Shown: one piece after another, positions 1-15,425 of the stretch
Position numbering within the stretch: position 1 is the stretch's first letter
Layout: every line of letters starts with the position of its first letter
Source: the human T2T-CHM13v2.0 reference genome, Homo sapiens
Assembly (NCBI GenBank): GCA_009914755.4
Contig: CP068257.2
Location: 30,272,001-30,336,000 of the forward strand
Reading direction: 5' to 3'
DNA: 64,000 nucleotides
Translations under genes and position numbers: made by a program
Notes under the pieces: model-generated
What the model was told of the DNA's origin: nothing
Database searches by the model: none
The model's input: the letters and a program-made list of their open reading frames with translations, nothing else

Positions 1-1124
1 ATAAAATTTACCCCTCCGTTAACGGAAACAAAAGTAAAACCCCCAATTGTTCCTTCAGTGATCACAGTTTCAAAAGGACTGTGCTATTTCTGCATGTTCA
101 CAAGATGAGACCCAGAAGATTTTGGAGAAAGTAAGAGGAATGTTTTAAGTTAGTTTTTCTAAAACGTCCTCAGGTTGTATCTAATGGGATCAACAGTATT
201 GGTTGAAAGTCATTAGTTTCTTCTTTTTGTTTTCTGATAGCTGATTTAGATGATGTTACTCTTCAGTCGTGATGCTGTTTAAGAAAACTAAACAAAATCA
301 ACTAAAGAAATAGCCCACTTGCTGGTAGCTGTGAATTTCTCATCCAGTAGTTACAGTTACTGCAAGAGTTTAAGTACCTCTTCATGGAGGTATTTTGAGT
401 TCCCCTTTTCCTGTAAGCTAAGCAATTAGTCTCGGTTCTCCATCTAGTATACAAATCATGGCTATTCACCACAAAAGATTGGCCTTTTATGTTCAAATAT
501 TGAAATCCCAGGAGATTTTGACATGTATTTTGCTTCAGGAAATCTTTTTGGGTCTACTCTTCGGGCCCCTTCTGTCTCTGTTTACATGTTGCTAAACTTT
601 AAATGGTTGAACAAATGGTAAAGAGTAGAAACTACATTTATCTGATGTTTCCTAAACTTTATGCCTCACTGAAAGCAGCTGAGAAAATGAAAATCCAAGG
701 TGACTAATGCAAATAAAAAGATGGTGACCTCTTTTTGCAAAGATAAGCAAGAAGTAGAGATGTCTCCAAAGATGCCAGCGATAGGCTTATTTGCAGAAAA
801 GTTAATAGCTTAAAATCGTATTTAGAAAGTCATAAGCTGGGAAAACATGTGACAGAGAGAAAAGGAACTCAAAGTATCAGGTTTGCTTGGAGATGTCTTG
901 GGATTGTTGGCGTTTCCTTGAGTCATGTTGCTTCCTCTCCGGAGTTTCCGTGGGTCTTCCGTGTTTTAGATCTATTTCTTTTTTCCTTAGTTCTAGAATT
1001 CGTGATAAATTTTACTGGTGTTATGGGCTGAATTGTGTCCCACCCCCAAATTCACATGTTGAAGCCTTAACTCCTAGTACCATAGAATGTGATTCGATTT
1101 GGAGATAGTCTTTAAACAGATAGT

Positions 1125-1555
<431 letters not shown>

Positions 1556-2764
1556 TTATTAGTTAATTTCACCTGTTACTTTTTAAAGCCACCTACAAGC
1601 CTAGGAGAGAGGCTCCAGACGTAACCAGTCCTGCTCACACCTTGATCTCAGACTTGTATCCTTTCAAAATTGTAAGACAGTAAGCCACACAGTCGGTGAT
1701 ACTTTGTTGTGACAGCCCTAGCAAACAAACACACTGGGAGATAGTAATTAAAATGGTTGAAAGAGCAAAATGTATTGAAAAAGAAAAAGGAGTCAAGGCC
1801 GGCATCTTATGATCTCCATGTCGTTCTTCCCACCATGTGCACACGTGTGTGCAAACCTGCGCCCACCTCCCACTGAGCTCCCTGTTATCTGCTTATGGAT
1901 TCCTGGCCCTTCCTGAGAGCCATTATCTGCTGTCAGTGGAAGCAGAGCATTCATTATTCCCAGCCAGTGCAGGGAGGCCAGGAGGATTTATGGAGTCATT
2001 GCAGGAACACAAATTCTGCTTTGTACAGACGGACACCATAAACGCACATGAATAAATCAGGGCAGAGTGGAAAAAAGACCTACTTTTCCCTTTCTCATGA
2101 ACACAGGCATGGGGGCTAGCCCCGATGTTTAGTGTGTGATTTAGTGGGGGAGGAAGGAAGCCTCGTGTTCTCATAGCATAGAGAAGCCATCTGCAGAGGT
2201 TTATTGAGGACCTCCTGTGAATGGGTCACTAGCGGGCCTGGGGCTGGGAGGAGCTGTGATAAGGATTCCTGTGTTCAGTTTAGTGTACGACTGTTATTTT
2301 AATTTTTTTTTTTTCCTGGAGCTGCTGTGTCTCTCCCTCCCCTGGGTTTTTGCACTGCTGCCCCTGCCATGCACTGGCTTGCTTTGATATTTCCCCTTAG
2401 CATCATCTGCATCTATTAGCTATATCTTAATTCCACTGTGTTGTTATTATTGTTGGCTCAGTTTTAGCTACAATTAATGGATGGTCACTATGTGCAAGCA
2501 CTTTCCATTATTTACCTTGGCCACCATTATTATCCCCGGCTTACTGATGAATAGTCGGAGGCATACCGAGGTTAAGTTTTTTGCCTAGGATTTCTCAGTG
2601 CTGGGACTCTGACCTCAGCTGGGTTCCAAAAGGCATGATTTAATTCTCATTACAAATGTGGGTGACTGGTAATCTCATATGCACTTTGCAGATGAGAAAA
2701 CAGAGCATTTCTTCCTTCCTTCATTCTCCAGATTTTGTGGTTGCCGTTGTTGTTTGTTTAATTG

Positions 2765-3047
2765 TTTTTGAGAGAGAATCTCGCTCTGTCGCCCAGGCTG
2801 GAATGCAGTGGCACGATCTCAGCTCACTGCAACCTCTGCCTCCCGGGCTCAGGCTCCTGCCTCAGCCTCCCAAGTAGCTGGGACCACAGATGTGTGCCAT
2901 CATAAATGGCTAATGTTTGTATTTTTTGTAGAGATGGAGCTTCACCATGTTGCCCAGGCTGGTCTTGAACTCCTGGGCTCAAGCGATCCGCCTACCTCAG
3001 CCTCCTAAAGTGCTGGGATTACAGGTGTAAGCCACTGCACCTGGCCC
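2765..3047 (-). mobile_element. Alu SINE (antisense)
   Basis: Starts with a T-run and GAGAGAGAATCTCGCTCTGTCGCCCAGGCTGG, ends GCCACTGCACCTGGCC. Confidence 0.9.
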
Positions 3048-3157
3048 AGACTTTGTGTTTTGAGTGCTAGGTCTCAGGCAGGCAGTCAGCTGGTCCGTGG
3101 GCTCAGAGGGTGTGTGGTTTGCCCAAAGCCAGACAGCCAGAACTTCCCTGTCCCTTA

Positions 3158-3649
<492 letters not shown>

Positions 3650-3723
3650 TTAGATAAATGGGGTTATAGGAAATAGAGTGTTAGTTAATTTCACCTGTGT
3701 CCTTTTACGTACTGTGGCTACTA

Positions 3724-4322
<599 letters not shown>

Positions 4323-4542
4323 TGGTGAGGACAGTAACTTTTATTTAGGTGTTTTTACCGCAATAAAAAAATTTTTTTTAAATGAACAAAAACTTAAGGA
4401 GTATGTGTCTCACTATGACTATTGTATAAAAGCATTTAAAGAATGAAAATTTTATTTGACCATAGGCAATTGGGCTAAACAAAAATTGATAGAATGTAAG
4501 CTAGTCAAAATAAACTTTGTTCCAAGAAAAAAAAAGTGGAGA

Positions 4543-4566
4543 GGGAGGTGTGGGTGGGAGTGGGGG
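4543..4566 (+). other. G-quadruplex-type motif
   Basis: GGGAGGTGTGGGTGGGAGTGGGGG. Confidence 0.6.
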
Positions 4567-6451
4567 CGTGCTGGCAGCAGATCATGAAGGACTTTCAACT
4601 TCTCATCGAGGAATCTGGACTTTATTTAGACGATGACCGTAACTGTCTTTAGAAAGAAGACTGTGGGGCCTCAGCGCGTGAAAGTGCTGAAAGCCGGGAG
4701 GGTGGGGGAGTGCTAGGGGCCTGTAAGGAGGCTGGCCAGGGCAGGGTGGTGGCCAGGAAGGAACCTTTCGGAGGAGACTTGGCAATCCATCGTAGGGGAG
4801 GGGCAAGGGGAAAGGGGATGAACCGGTCGGGCAACAGGTGGGGAGAAGGCAGGCCTCAGCGAGGAGGAACGGTTGTGAATGTGTGACTTTTGAAAGGCAG
4901 GGAGGGAGAGTGGGGTGCAGGCTGCCCACCACGTCGGGGTGTCCAGCTGGGATTCTCAGCAAGTTCCCCGTCATGGCTGGCGAGGGGTGGTTGTGCATAA
5001 CCAGCCCATTGTTTTTTGGATCCCGTGGATCTGTTTGCTTTTAGATTATGTCATTTGAGGCTTCCTCTCTGTTGTTGCGGAGTTACACTCTGGATGATTA
5101 AAGATGGGGCAGAGTTGGAAGAGACTGGGAACAGACAGGGCTACTGGGGAATGGGAGTGTCTGAGGATTTAAGACCATTGGGTGTTCAGGGTTTTTTTTG
5201 CCAATATATTTATCAGTTGTGTTTCAGGAGTTAAATATTTTGGGGCATACCAAGATGAATCACACACGGTCTCAAAAAACTTGTAAACTGGGCCCTTTTG
5301 ACACTTTTCCAAACCAAAGAGACAGGATGCTAGCATTACCTGTTTTAACAATACTCATCTCCCCTTAAGATTCCCGAGTTTTGTGCACTGTAAGTGGGCA
5401 GCACTCCGGAGGGACTGAGGGTTAATTTTATCCTTGTGGATAATAAATGCATCTTGGACAAAGGAAGAACACATATTTTAACTAAGTAGCAGCCTTCTGA
5501 TAAGAATTCCAGCAATTGCACAAGCCCCACCGTTGTCTGTACAGCCCAGCAATTCTACCTTGCTATCTCAAAATTCTCCGTTTTGCATTCCTCTCTTGCA
5601 GGAACCAGTTTCTAGTCTCTCACCAGCAGGATACGTTTCCAGGGTGATCTGCTTACTGAATTGGGGCTGGAGCCCAGGCGCAGAGGATCCCCGGGAAAGT
5701 GGCTTGAGAACTCCCCTGGGTGGGCGTGGGAGGGTTTCCCAGCCCTGCGTTGGGAGCTGCCATTGTTTTTTCCTTAGTCTTGCTTTTTGCCTTTGCCCAG
5801 CACCTGGTTCTGTTAGCATCGCCAAGATCAGTCCTAATGAGCTTTGTTGTTTAAACTGGGGAAGGAAACTTTTTCCCTCAACAAAAAGGCGAATTTTAGC
5901 TCAGCAGCAGGAGGGTGGCCAGTGGGGAGCCAGGGGTCAGAGGCAGTTGAGCCCTGCTACATAAATAGCAGCAATTAATGGGCCCCTGTAAAAGACAGGG
6001 ATGTGTGTGTTTGCTGTCTAGCATCGTTTCTCTGCAAATCGGAGCAACACTGAAATTAATTATAAAGCCAGCAAAGGCTATTTTCTGCTTTCTGTTAAAT
6101 AAGTATTGTCCACACAGGAGCACGTTCCACTCGGATGCATTTACCCACATCGTTTCTTTGGAAGATGGCGTGAAACCAATTTATTTTCAAAACTCCCCAC
6201 TGGGTCATGCTAATCACCACAGTTTTCAGCCCTTTTATGCGGAATTCAGGCTTGGGCTGGAGCCGGGAGCCGGGAGCCCTCAGGCCCTTGTCATTTCCTT
6301 CATTGCTCTGGGGGCTTTCCCTTTGCCCACCCTGCCCAAATCATTTCCTCCAGTGCTGTCAACCAGGTTTGAATTTTTATGATGAGATTTACAAAGCAAG
6401 CCATTCTGTTATTACTAATAACCATCATAAAGGTTTCATAAAGGTTCTGCT

Positions 6452-6807
6452 TTGGTTTGCTGGGGCTAGTACAGTAAATAACACAGACCTGGGGGGCCTT
6501 CAACAACAGACATTGATGTTGTCTGAGTTCTGCAGGCTGGAAACCTGAGATCAAGGGGTCAGTAGGTTTGGTTTCTCCTGAGGCCTCCTCTCCTTGGCTG
6601 ACTGAAGGCTGCCCTCCCACTGTGTCTTCGCACAGACATCCTCTGTATTCTCATCCCTGGTGTCTCTCTCTTCGTATCAAGACACCAGTCCTGTTGGATT
6701 AGGGCATCACCCTCATGTCCTCATTTAACCTTATTTCCCTGTTTAAAGGCCCTGTTTCCAAATACAGCCATCTTTCTGTATCTGCAGGGATTGGTTTCAG
6801 GATATCC
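6452..6807 (+). mobile_element. MaLR LTR, MLT1-type (solo LTR fragment)
   Basis: Characteristic ...TCTGCAGGCTGGAAACCTGAGATCAAGGGGTCAGTAGG...TTGGATTAGGGCATCACCCTCATG...CCTGTTTCCAAATACAGCCA... blocks shared with the other MLT1 copies in this window. Confidence 0.6.
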
Positions 6808-7075
<268 letters not shown>

Positions 7076-8865
7076 CAGGATCTCCTTCTGATACCAGAGT
7101 CCAAGGATGCTCAAGTTCTTGATAACAAATAGTGTCATATTTGCATATATCCTATACATATCCTCCTGTATATTTTAAATCATCCCCACCTTACTTAGAA
7201 TACCTAATGCAATGCCTACACATCACTTAATTCACGTGGATTCAACTTAGCACTTGGCATGCGGCAAATTCAAGTTTTGCCTATTGGAACTTTGTGAATT
7301 ATTTTCCCCAACATTTCTGATCTGAGGTTGGAACCCATGGAAGGTCAACTGTACAATCACATTGGGGCTGGAATTTTGGGGGAGGACACGACTTAGCCCA
7401 TAACAGATTCTGAAATAGTTAATAGATTCTTCTTCTTCCAACTGCACGTGGATTCATTCATTCAAGAAATACTCATTGAGCGCCGCCTGTGTGCGGGGGC
7501 TGTTCTGGATGTGGTAAGCATGTCAGTGAGGGACCATCTCTTCCCTTCTGGGGCTTCTAAGCGTCAGGCAGATTCCATGCTCACTCAGTTCTGTGGGACT
7601 TCAGAGGTGATAAGTGCTATGGAACAAATAGCCTCGGGGCACAGGGGTTGTGAGCTCCAGATGATGTGGTTATAAGTGGGTGAGTCAGGGAAGCTTCTCT
7701 GAGAGCTGACATTTCGTCAGGATCTTAGAGGTTGAGGGAGTGCTATGTGGCCAAGGTCCCCAGGAGGGAACACCCCTGTTTCTGCTGCTGAGGAACAACG
7801 AGGAGGCGGGTCAAGCCGAGGGAGCCGTGGGCTGCCTGATGGGAGTGGCGCAGGCATCCTCATGACGTGGATTCTTTCCTTTGGGAGCCACGGGGAGCCT
7901 GGGTGTGTTTTCATGGTCCTCACTTTTGGGTAGCCTTCCTGTCCCTCTAGATTCGCTGCTCTGGAGAAGGTGACAGCTCAGACAAGTTTGGGAGAGAGAT
8001 GGGGTGCCTACCAAGGGGACCACCCAGAATTAGACATTGGCATGTCAGGAATTTTAGGGGGGCGTGTGGGGGCTGGTGGTGAAGAATGAGGGTCCTTCTG
8101 TCATGGATCGCCTGCTGTAATGCTGCGCCTGTGAGGTCTCCCCACCACCCCTTCTCCCCATGTCCTGTCCCCAATTCTTAGTCACACTTTTAGGAAGTGA
8201 GAAACCATTTTCTGCAGCAGGAAAGGCTGGACGGCAAGCAGGGACGATAGTCCACTGCCTTGGGCTCAGCGCGGATCCTAAATTTCTGTTTCTGTTGGGA
8301 CTTTCCCAGAGCTGCTCGGTCTCCTCGTACCTACTTTCTAGCATTGGCATTTGGCGTCAGTTGTACGGCTGCTGTCTACCCCAAATTGGAATCTGGAAGA
8401 AACACCTGGGATTGGGGTTGGCCGTGGCCATGCATCTGTCCTTCCCCCACCGTTCCTCCCTCCCCATCTTCTTTCCAGGTCCATGCTGGCCCTGTTGTTA
8501 TCCAGGGCATGCTGATGGAGCTCCTTCCAGGTTCCTGACGCGGTGCTGGACACTGGACACGCCAGGTTCAGTCATTTTTGAAATGACCGAGGGTTTGGTG
8601 CCTGGAAGGGGGTTCTGAAAGTGTTCTAGGAAAAGAATGGGCCTGGCCTTGAAAAAGGGTGAGAAGGAGCCAAAAGGGCTGATCCCAGCAGGGGTCTGGA
8701 GATGGGAGAATTTCTTGTGGTGACGAAGGAAAACCTATTGTAGCCTAGTGAGTTACAGGGGAAAATAGGGTTAGGAGATTGTGAATGCCTCGGTCGGGGG
8801 AGGAGAGGGGTAGAGTTGTAATTAGGCTGGTTGGGGAAGCCTCTCTGAGAAGGGGACATTTCTCT

Positions 8866-9194
<329 letters not shown>

Positions 9195-9479
9195 TGATTT
9201 AAATGATTTTAATGTTTGAAGGGAAGGCACTGGTCTGCCTACATTGTAATTGGGAAATCTGAGGGCTGAAGTCGTGGGATTTCCCAAGGCAGTAGTAGAG
9301 ATGACCAAGAACTTATACTGGCCTCCTGTAGTGCCCTGGTGGGATTTTCCACACATGCATTCATTTATTCATTGATTCCCTCTTTCCCTTGCTCCCATGA
9401 GCCCAGCACTGTCCTAGGGTGCTGGGAGGTCAGACACCATTCCTACTTTCATGGAAAGTACAGTGGAGGGTATCATAGC

Positions 9480-10230
9480 AGCTAAGCGTGTGTGTGATGG
9501 GTGTGACAGCTGGAGAGGCCCGGAGTGACCCCAGCCAGTCTGGATGGGGAAGCAAACTGTAACCTGAGGCCAGTGGCGGGTGGGAATTGGGGTTGACCTG
9601 GCCAAGAGTGTGTGGGAGGGAATTCCAGGCTGGGCTGGGTGGGAGTGGGAGACAGGAGGCAGAGAGATTAGCAGGGAGGCCCAACTCTGCCCGAGGGATG
9701 ATGGTGGGGCTGCAGCAGGGGAGTACAGGAAGGAAGGGGAAGGGGAGGGAAATTGTCCAAGGTGGAGGTGACAGACTCTTGGTGATGAATGAGGTGTGGG
9801 AATAGGGGCAGGGTGGCTGGAGGAGGATGTTACAGTAGGGCCACCTGTGGATGGTTACTGTAGGCTGAGCTGGGAGCCCCAGAGAGGAGTTGGGGCCGGG
9901 GGAGGTGACAGGCTCGGAGGCCCACAGATTATCCAGGTGGAGATCGCCAGAGGCACGTCAGAGCTCAGGAAGAGGTGTGAGCAGGACAGGCATTGGCACT
10001 CATGAGCAGATGGACAGTCACGAGCGTGCTGGAAGTGGAGGGGTGGACGCGTGCCTCCCCAGCAGAGGAAGGCCTGGGATAGAACCTCAGGGAGGCTACT
10101 GGGGGAGAAGCAGGAGGTGTGGGACCTGGGAGGGCAAGCAGGGTGTGAGAGGTCAGCAGGGAGAGTAGCCTCCGGGTGCCGGGGACCCTGGTGAGGTAGT
10201 CACAGGGAGTAGTGGGAGTGGCAGTCCGGG
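9480..10230 (+). repeat. G/purine-skewed low-complexity block (~750 bp, GGA/GGG-rich, very few T)
   Basis: Runs such as GGGAGTGGGAGACAGGAGGCAGAGAG, GGAAGGAAGGGGAAGGGGAGGG, GGGGCCGGGGGAGG. Four overlapping stop-free + strand ORFs from the track are a low-T artefact. Confidence 0.6.
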
Positions 10231-10320
10231 GCAGGGGCTGTCTGGGCTTCCGTGTCTACCCACTCCTCTGAACCAAACACGCAGAGCCTACTGACCACCA
10301 CTTATTGAGGACTCTGATGA

Positions 10321-10761
<441 letters not shown>

Positions 10762-10859
10762 CCCGGCCCTAGCCCGCAGTGAATGAATGCTAGCCCTTTG
10801 TTCTTACATTTTTACTCTTCTGCAGGGAATCCCGTAGAATTGTAGGATGCTCAGATGGT

Positions 10860-11228
10860 CTATTAGCCTGCTCAGGCTGCCACAACAAAATACCATGGAG
10901 TGGGTGGCTTAAAACAACAGAAATTCATGTTTCACAGTCCTGGAGTCTGGAAGTCTGAGATCAAGGTGCCAGCGGGGTTGGTTTCTCCCAAGGCTCTCCC
11001 CTTGGCTTCTAGATGACTGCCTTCTCTCTGTGTCCTCACATGACCTTTCTGTGCAGGCTCAGAGACAGAGAGAGTTCTGGTGTCTCTTCTCCTTCTTATA
11101 AGGACATCGGTCCTACTGGATTAGAGCCCCACTCTAATGACCTCATTTAACGTTAATAACCTCTTTAAAGTCTCTCTCTTTAAATACAGTCACGTTGGGG
11201 GTTAGGGCTTCAACATACGCAATTCAGT
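10860..11228 (+). mobile_element. MaLR LTR, MLT1-type
   Basis: GCTGCCACAACAAAATACCATGGAGTGGGTGGCTTAAAACAACAGAAATTCATG...TCTGGAAGTCTGAGATCAAGGTGCCAGC...TTATAAGGACATCGGTCCTACTGGATTAGAGCCCCACTCTAATGACCTCATTTAAC. Confidence 0.7.
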
Positions 11229-12291
11229 CTATTGCAGATGGCAATCTTGAACCATGACAAAGAATCTGAATTATCCTCCCCTCCCCGACAAATGGTCCTA
11301 AAGATCCAGGACTCTTTTATAGTACAGGTTAATTATCTCTTATCTGCTTGGGACCAGAAGTGTTTTAGATTTGGGATTTTTTTTTTTTTTTATATTTGCT
11401 TAGTATCCAGTGGAGCACCCTTCATTCCAAATACTCCAGTGACCATTTTCTACAGGTGTCGTGTTGATGCTTAACAAGTTTCAGATTTTGGAACATGTTG
11501 GATTTTGGGTTTTCAGGTTAGAGATTAGAGATGTTCAACCTGCATACACTTATACCTAGAACCCTGGCAGGTATATTTTAGGTGTTTAATAAATGTTTGT
11601 TGAAGAAGGAAAGATTCATTTGAGTTTAGTATACAGTATTCATTAAGAAACCAAAGTGTTCTGGGAAGAAAGCTTTTTTGGGGATAATTTCCATATGAAA
11701 AGAAAACTCAGTTGATCAGGGCTTCCCATTCCCTGTGCATTTTGATTATTTAAAACATGGTGTAAAAGTGCTTTGATTAAGGAAAGGCTATGAACTTTCT
11801 AAAATACAGCACATTGTATAATGTGTAAAACACATATGTATATTTCTGCGATATTAAAGAGGAGTCTCTTTGATCAGTATTTTTTTTTTCTTCCTCTCAG
11901 TTGTACAGAAGATCCATTTTACATCTGACTTCTCATTTTGGAGATTGGATACATCAATACTTGATGTGTTTCAGAGTAATGAATTTTAAAGGCAGTGAAG
12001 GGTGATACAGGAGGAAGGGATGAATTTAAAATCCTGTTAACTCTGATCCTATGTAGACAGTCTCAGCTAAGTCAATATTTAAAGAAGATGAGAGACTCGC
12101 CTGATAGGAAGTCACTGCCTTGGGATTTAAAAGCTACTCTATTCCAGAGAGTTGAAAACCCTGAGATAGAGTTCAGCCTTCTTTTTTAATATGCTGAAGC
12201 CACCGGTCAAGGAAATGCATATTGTTTTCCTTAGCTGAACTGAGCTTGAATGCTTATTCACCCTCTCTACGGGTTGATTCATTGAAAGTAA

Positions 12292-12671
<380 letters not shown>

Positions 12672-12984
12672 CTAAGTGCTTTCTTTATGTACATTATCTT
12701 AGGGACTATTGGTAGATGGAAGTGTGTGTCATTACCGGGTGCATTACTGGGCCTGGGTGATTTTGAGCATCCCTTATTCTAAGTAAAATTCTACATTGGA
12801 TTTTTTTCTCCTAATACCTAACAAAGGCCGTCAAGCATGGATTCCTCGGCAGTCAGCAAGTGACCTCTCTCCTGATGGGTTGGGATCCACACACATGGCC
12901 TCTTCCTCCTGTCCTGTGTTGGGGAGAGCAGTGCTTCCCTTTCGTGCAGGGCAAACTCTTCCTCCTCTTCCTCTCCTTCCTTAA

Positions 12985-13297
<313 letters not shown>

Positions 13298-13525
13298 GGG
13301 TTTCCTCTCTTTCTGTCTCTCCTGCATCTTGTATTTCGTTATCTCTGTAGCTGCTGCTAGTGATTTTTTGGCCTTGGGGGATTTCCATTGCTTTCTTATG
13401 AGCTTAGCTATTTATTTAAAAGTGGTTTGCTGATTTTATCCATCATCATTGATTGGTGGTGTTTGTTTGGCAGGGAAGGAGGAGGGTGGAGTTACCGTGT
13501 TGTGAGAAATGCTTTCTGTTTTTCC

Positions 13526-13719
13526 TTTTTCTGAGACAGGGTCTCACTCTGTCGCCCAGGCTTGCGTGCAGTGGTGAGATCATAGGTCACTACAGCCTGG
13601 AACTCCCAGACTCAAGCGATCCTCTCACCTCAGCCTCCCGAGCAGCTGGGACTACTGGCACGAGCCACCACGCCTGGTTAATTTTTGTGAGATGAGGTTT
13701 TGCCATGTTGCACAAGCTG
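13526..13719 (-). mobile_element. Alu SINE (antisense, old and truncated)
   Basis: CTGAGACAGGGTCTCACTCTGTCGCCCAGGCTTGCGTGCAGTGG ... diverged. Confidence 0.8.
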
Positions 13720-13986
13720 CTATTTCTTAATTAATAAAAGAAGTTGATGAATAATCTCTTTCAACTGTCATATATTGGAACTGTGCTCTTCTCTTTCTAC
13801 TAATTTTCCACCACTGCAGGACTTTGCTACTAATCTTCTTGGAAATATGGGGGAAATCTTTGGAAAACTGATTCCTTTGTAAAATTTTGAAAAGGCTTGC
13901 AACTTGGATCTGTTGATGAGCCTCGGTTTTACTGATCTTTGACAGAAAGTTGTTTTTCTTGTGCTCATGATGACATCCAGGCTTAG

Positions 13987-14013
13987 ATACCCTCCTGAAA
14001 CTCCCATTCCCAA

Positions 14014-14073
<60 letters not shown>
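13987..14073. repeat. (AC)n microsatellite, ~43 perfect repeats
   Basis: Uninterrupted ACACAC... run of ~87 bp. Confidence 0.95.
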
Positions 14074-14075
<2 letters not shown>

Positions 14076-14724
14076 CTGGACTGAATTGGGAGTTCCCTGG
14101 CGGCATTGGCTGGGGGCCTCATCCTTAAGTGAATCGGGGAACCTGCAGCGTTGGTAAGAGCCATTGATTGGCGTGGTGCTATCACTCCTGTTGCCTGGAA
14201 CATGCTAAACTTGCTTATTTTACTGCCATTTGATAGCAAAGATTTAATTTCACTCTGTAAAACTCTCCCGACTCAAGTAGTTTATTTTGCAGCTAGAGAT
14301 CCATTATTGCATTAGGCTTTACCCAGTTAGAGTCAGTGTTAGCTTTGTTTTGCCTGCAAACCTCTGATTACTGTCAAATTGAATTAGATGTCTCCCTTTG
14401 CTGATCACTGATTGACTTTTCCTTAATTTCCCATTCATTTTTTTTCCCCATTTCAGTTGTTATAGATGAAGTCGATTAAATGGTTTTGTGTAATCAAGAA
14501 CGGCATTCCATTTCAGTATTATCAACTTGTAAGTATGGAGCTTGTAAGTCAGGGGGTGGATGAAAACAAGCTGGTAATGAGCTGGTATTTGAAAATTGAG
14601 AGGGAGCTTAATAGGAAACCTTCTCCAAGGTGAGGTAGCTTAAGGGCTCAGGGTTTTCATGGAGGGAACCTTGATGGCAGAACTTGGGAATCAAGGTGTC
14701 AGATGATGGTAGGGCACACACCAG

Positions 14725-15202
14725 GGGTGTTAGTTTCCTGCAGCTGCTGTAACAAATGACCACAAACTTGGTGGCTTAAAACAACAGAAAGTGATTCCCT
14801 CACAGTCTGGAGGCTGGAAGTCCAAAATCAGTCTCATTGGAGATCAAGGTGTCAGTAGGGCCACGCTTCCTCCAGAGACCTAAGGGGAGACTTGGACTTT
14901 GCTTCTTCTCCCAGCCCCTGGTGGCTGCCATGGGCATCTCCTGGGCTTGTGGCCATGTTATTCTCTTGTCTCCGTCTTCACTTTGCTTTCTTCTCTGCTT
15001 GTCCATCTGATCCCCTCCGTCTTTTAAAGACATTTTTGATGGCATTTAGGACTCACCCAGTTAATCCAGGACAGCCTCCCCATCTGAAGACCATTAACTT
15101 CATCATGTCTGCAGAGTCCCATCCCCCTAAAGATGACATTTTCAGGTTCCAGGGATTAGGATGTGGGCCTATCTTTGGGAGGCCATTTTTCGACTTACCA
15201 CA
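14725..15202 (+). mobile_element. MaLR LTR, MLT1-type (near full-length solo LTR)
   Basis: GCTGCTGTAACAAATGACCACAAACTTGGTGGCTTAAAACAACAGAAAGTGATTCCCTCACAGTCTGGAGGCTGGAAGTCCAAAATCAG ... GGGAGGCCATTTTTCGACTTACCACA, the typical MLT1 terminus. Confidence 0.75.
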
Positions 15203-15247
15203 CTGGGCCTGCTTCACGGAAGGCCTTGGTACGACGGCCCAAGGCCT

Positions 15248-15425
15248 GGGCTGGACTGAGTGGTATGAGGTTGAGGGGCTGGACTGAGCGGTATGAGGAG
15301 GAGGGGCTGGACTGAGCGGTATGAGGATGAGGGGCTGGACTGAGCGGTATGAGGTTGAGGGGCTGGACTGAGCGGTATGAGGAGGAGGGGCTGGAATGAG
15401 TGGTATGAGGATGAGGGGCTGGATG
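15248..15425. repeat. 28-bp minisatellite, ~6.4 copies, with an 84-bp (3-unit) higher-order periodicity
   Basis: Unit GGGCTGGACTGAGCGGTATGAGGNNGAG. Variable dinucleotide cycles TT, AG, AT, TT, AG, AT. Confidence 0.9.

Noticed and set aside
8160-8618. 152-aa + strand ORF, the longest non-repeat ORF outside the exons
   Set aside because: No recognisable domain or motif, no flanking splice-site logic, GC-rich intronic sequence with overlapping ORFs on the opposite strand. Consistent with chance in GC-rich DNA.
9480-10230. Candidate for the GC-rich first exon / promoter of the kinase gene
   Set aside because: None of the reading frames gives the expected N-terminal kinase sequence (glycine-loop GxGxFAKV not present). 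The composition is G-skewed rather than CpG-rich, so it was treated as low-complexity intron sequence.
13727-14239. 170-aa and 112-aa minus-strand ORFs containing (CV)n
   Set aside because: They span the (AC)43 microsatellite, which is stop-free in every frame. Not a gene.
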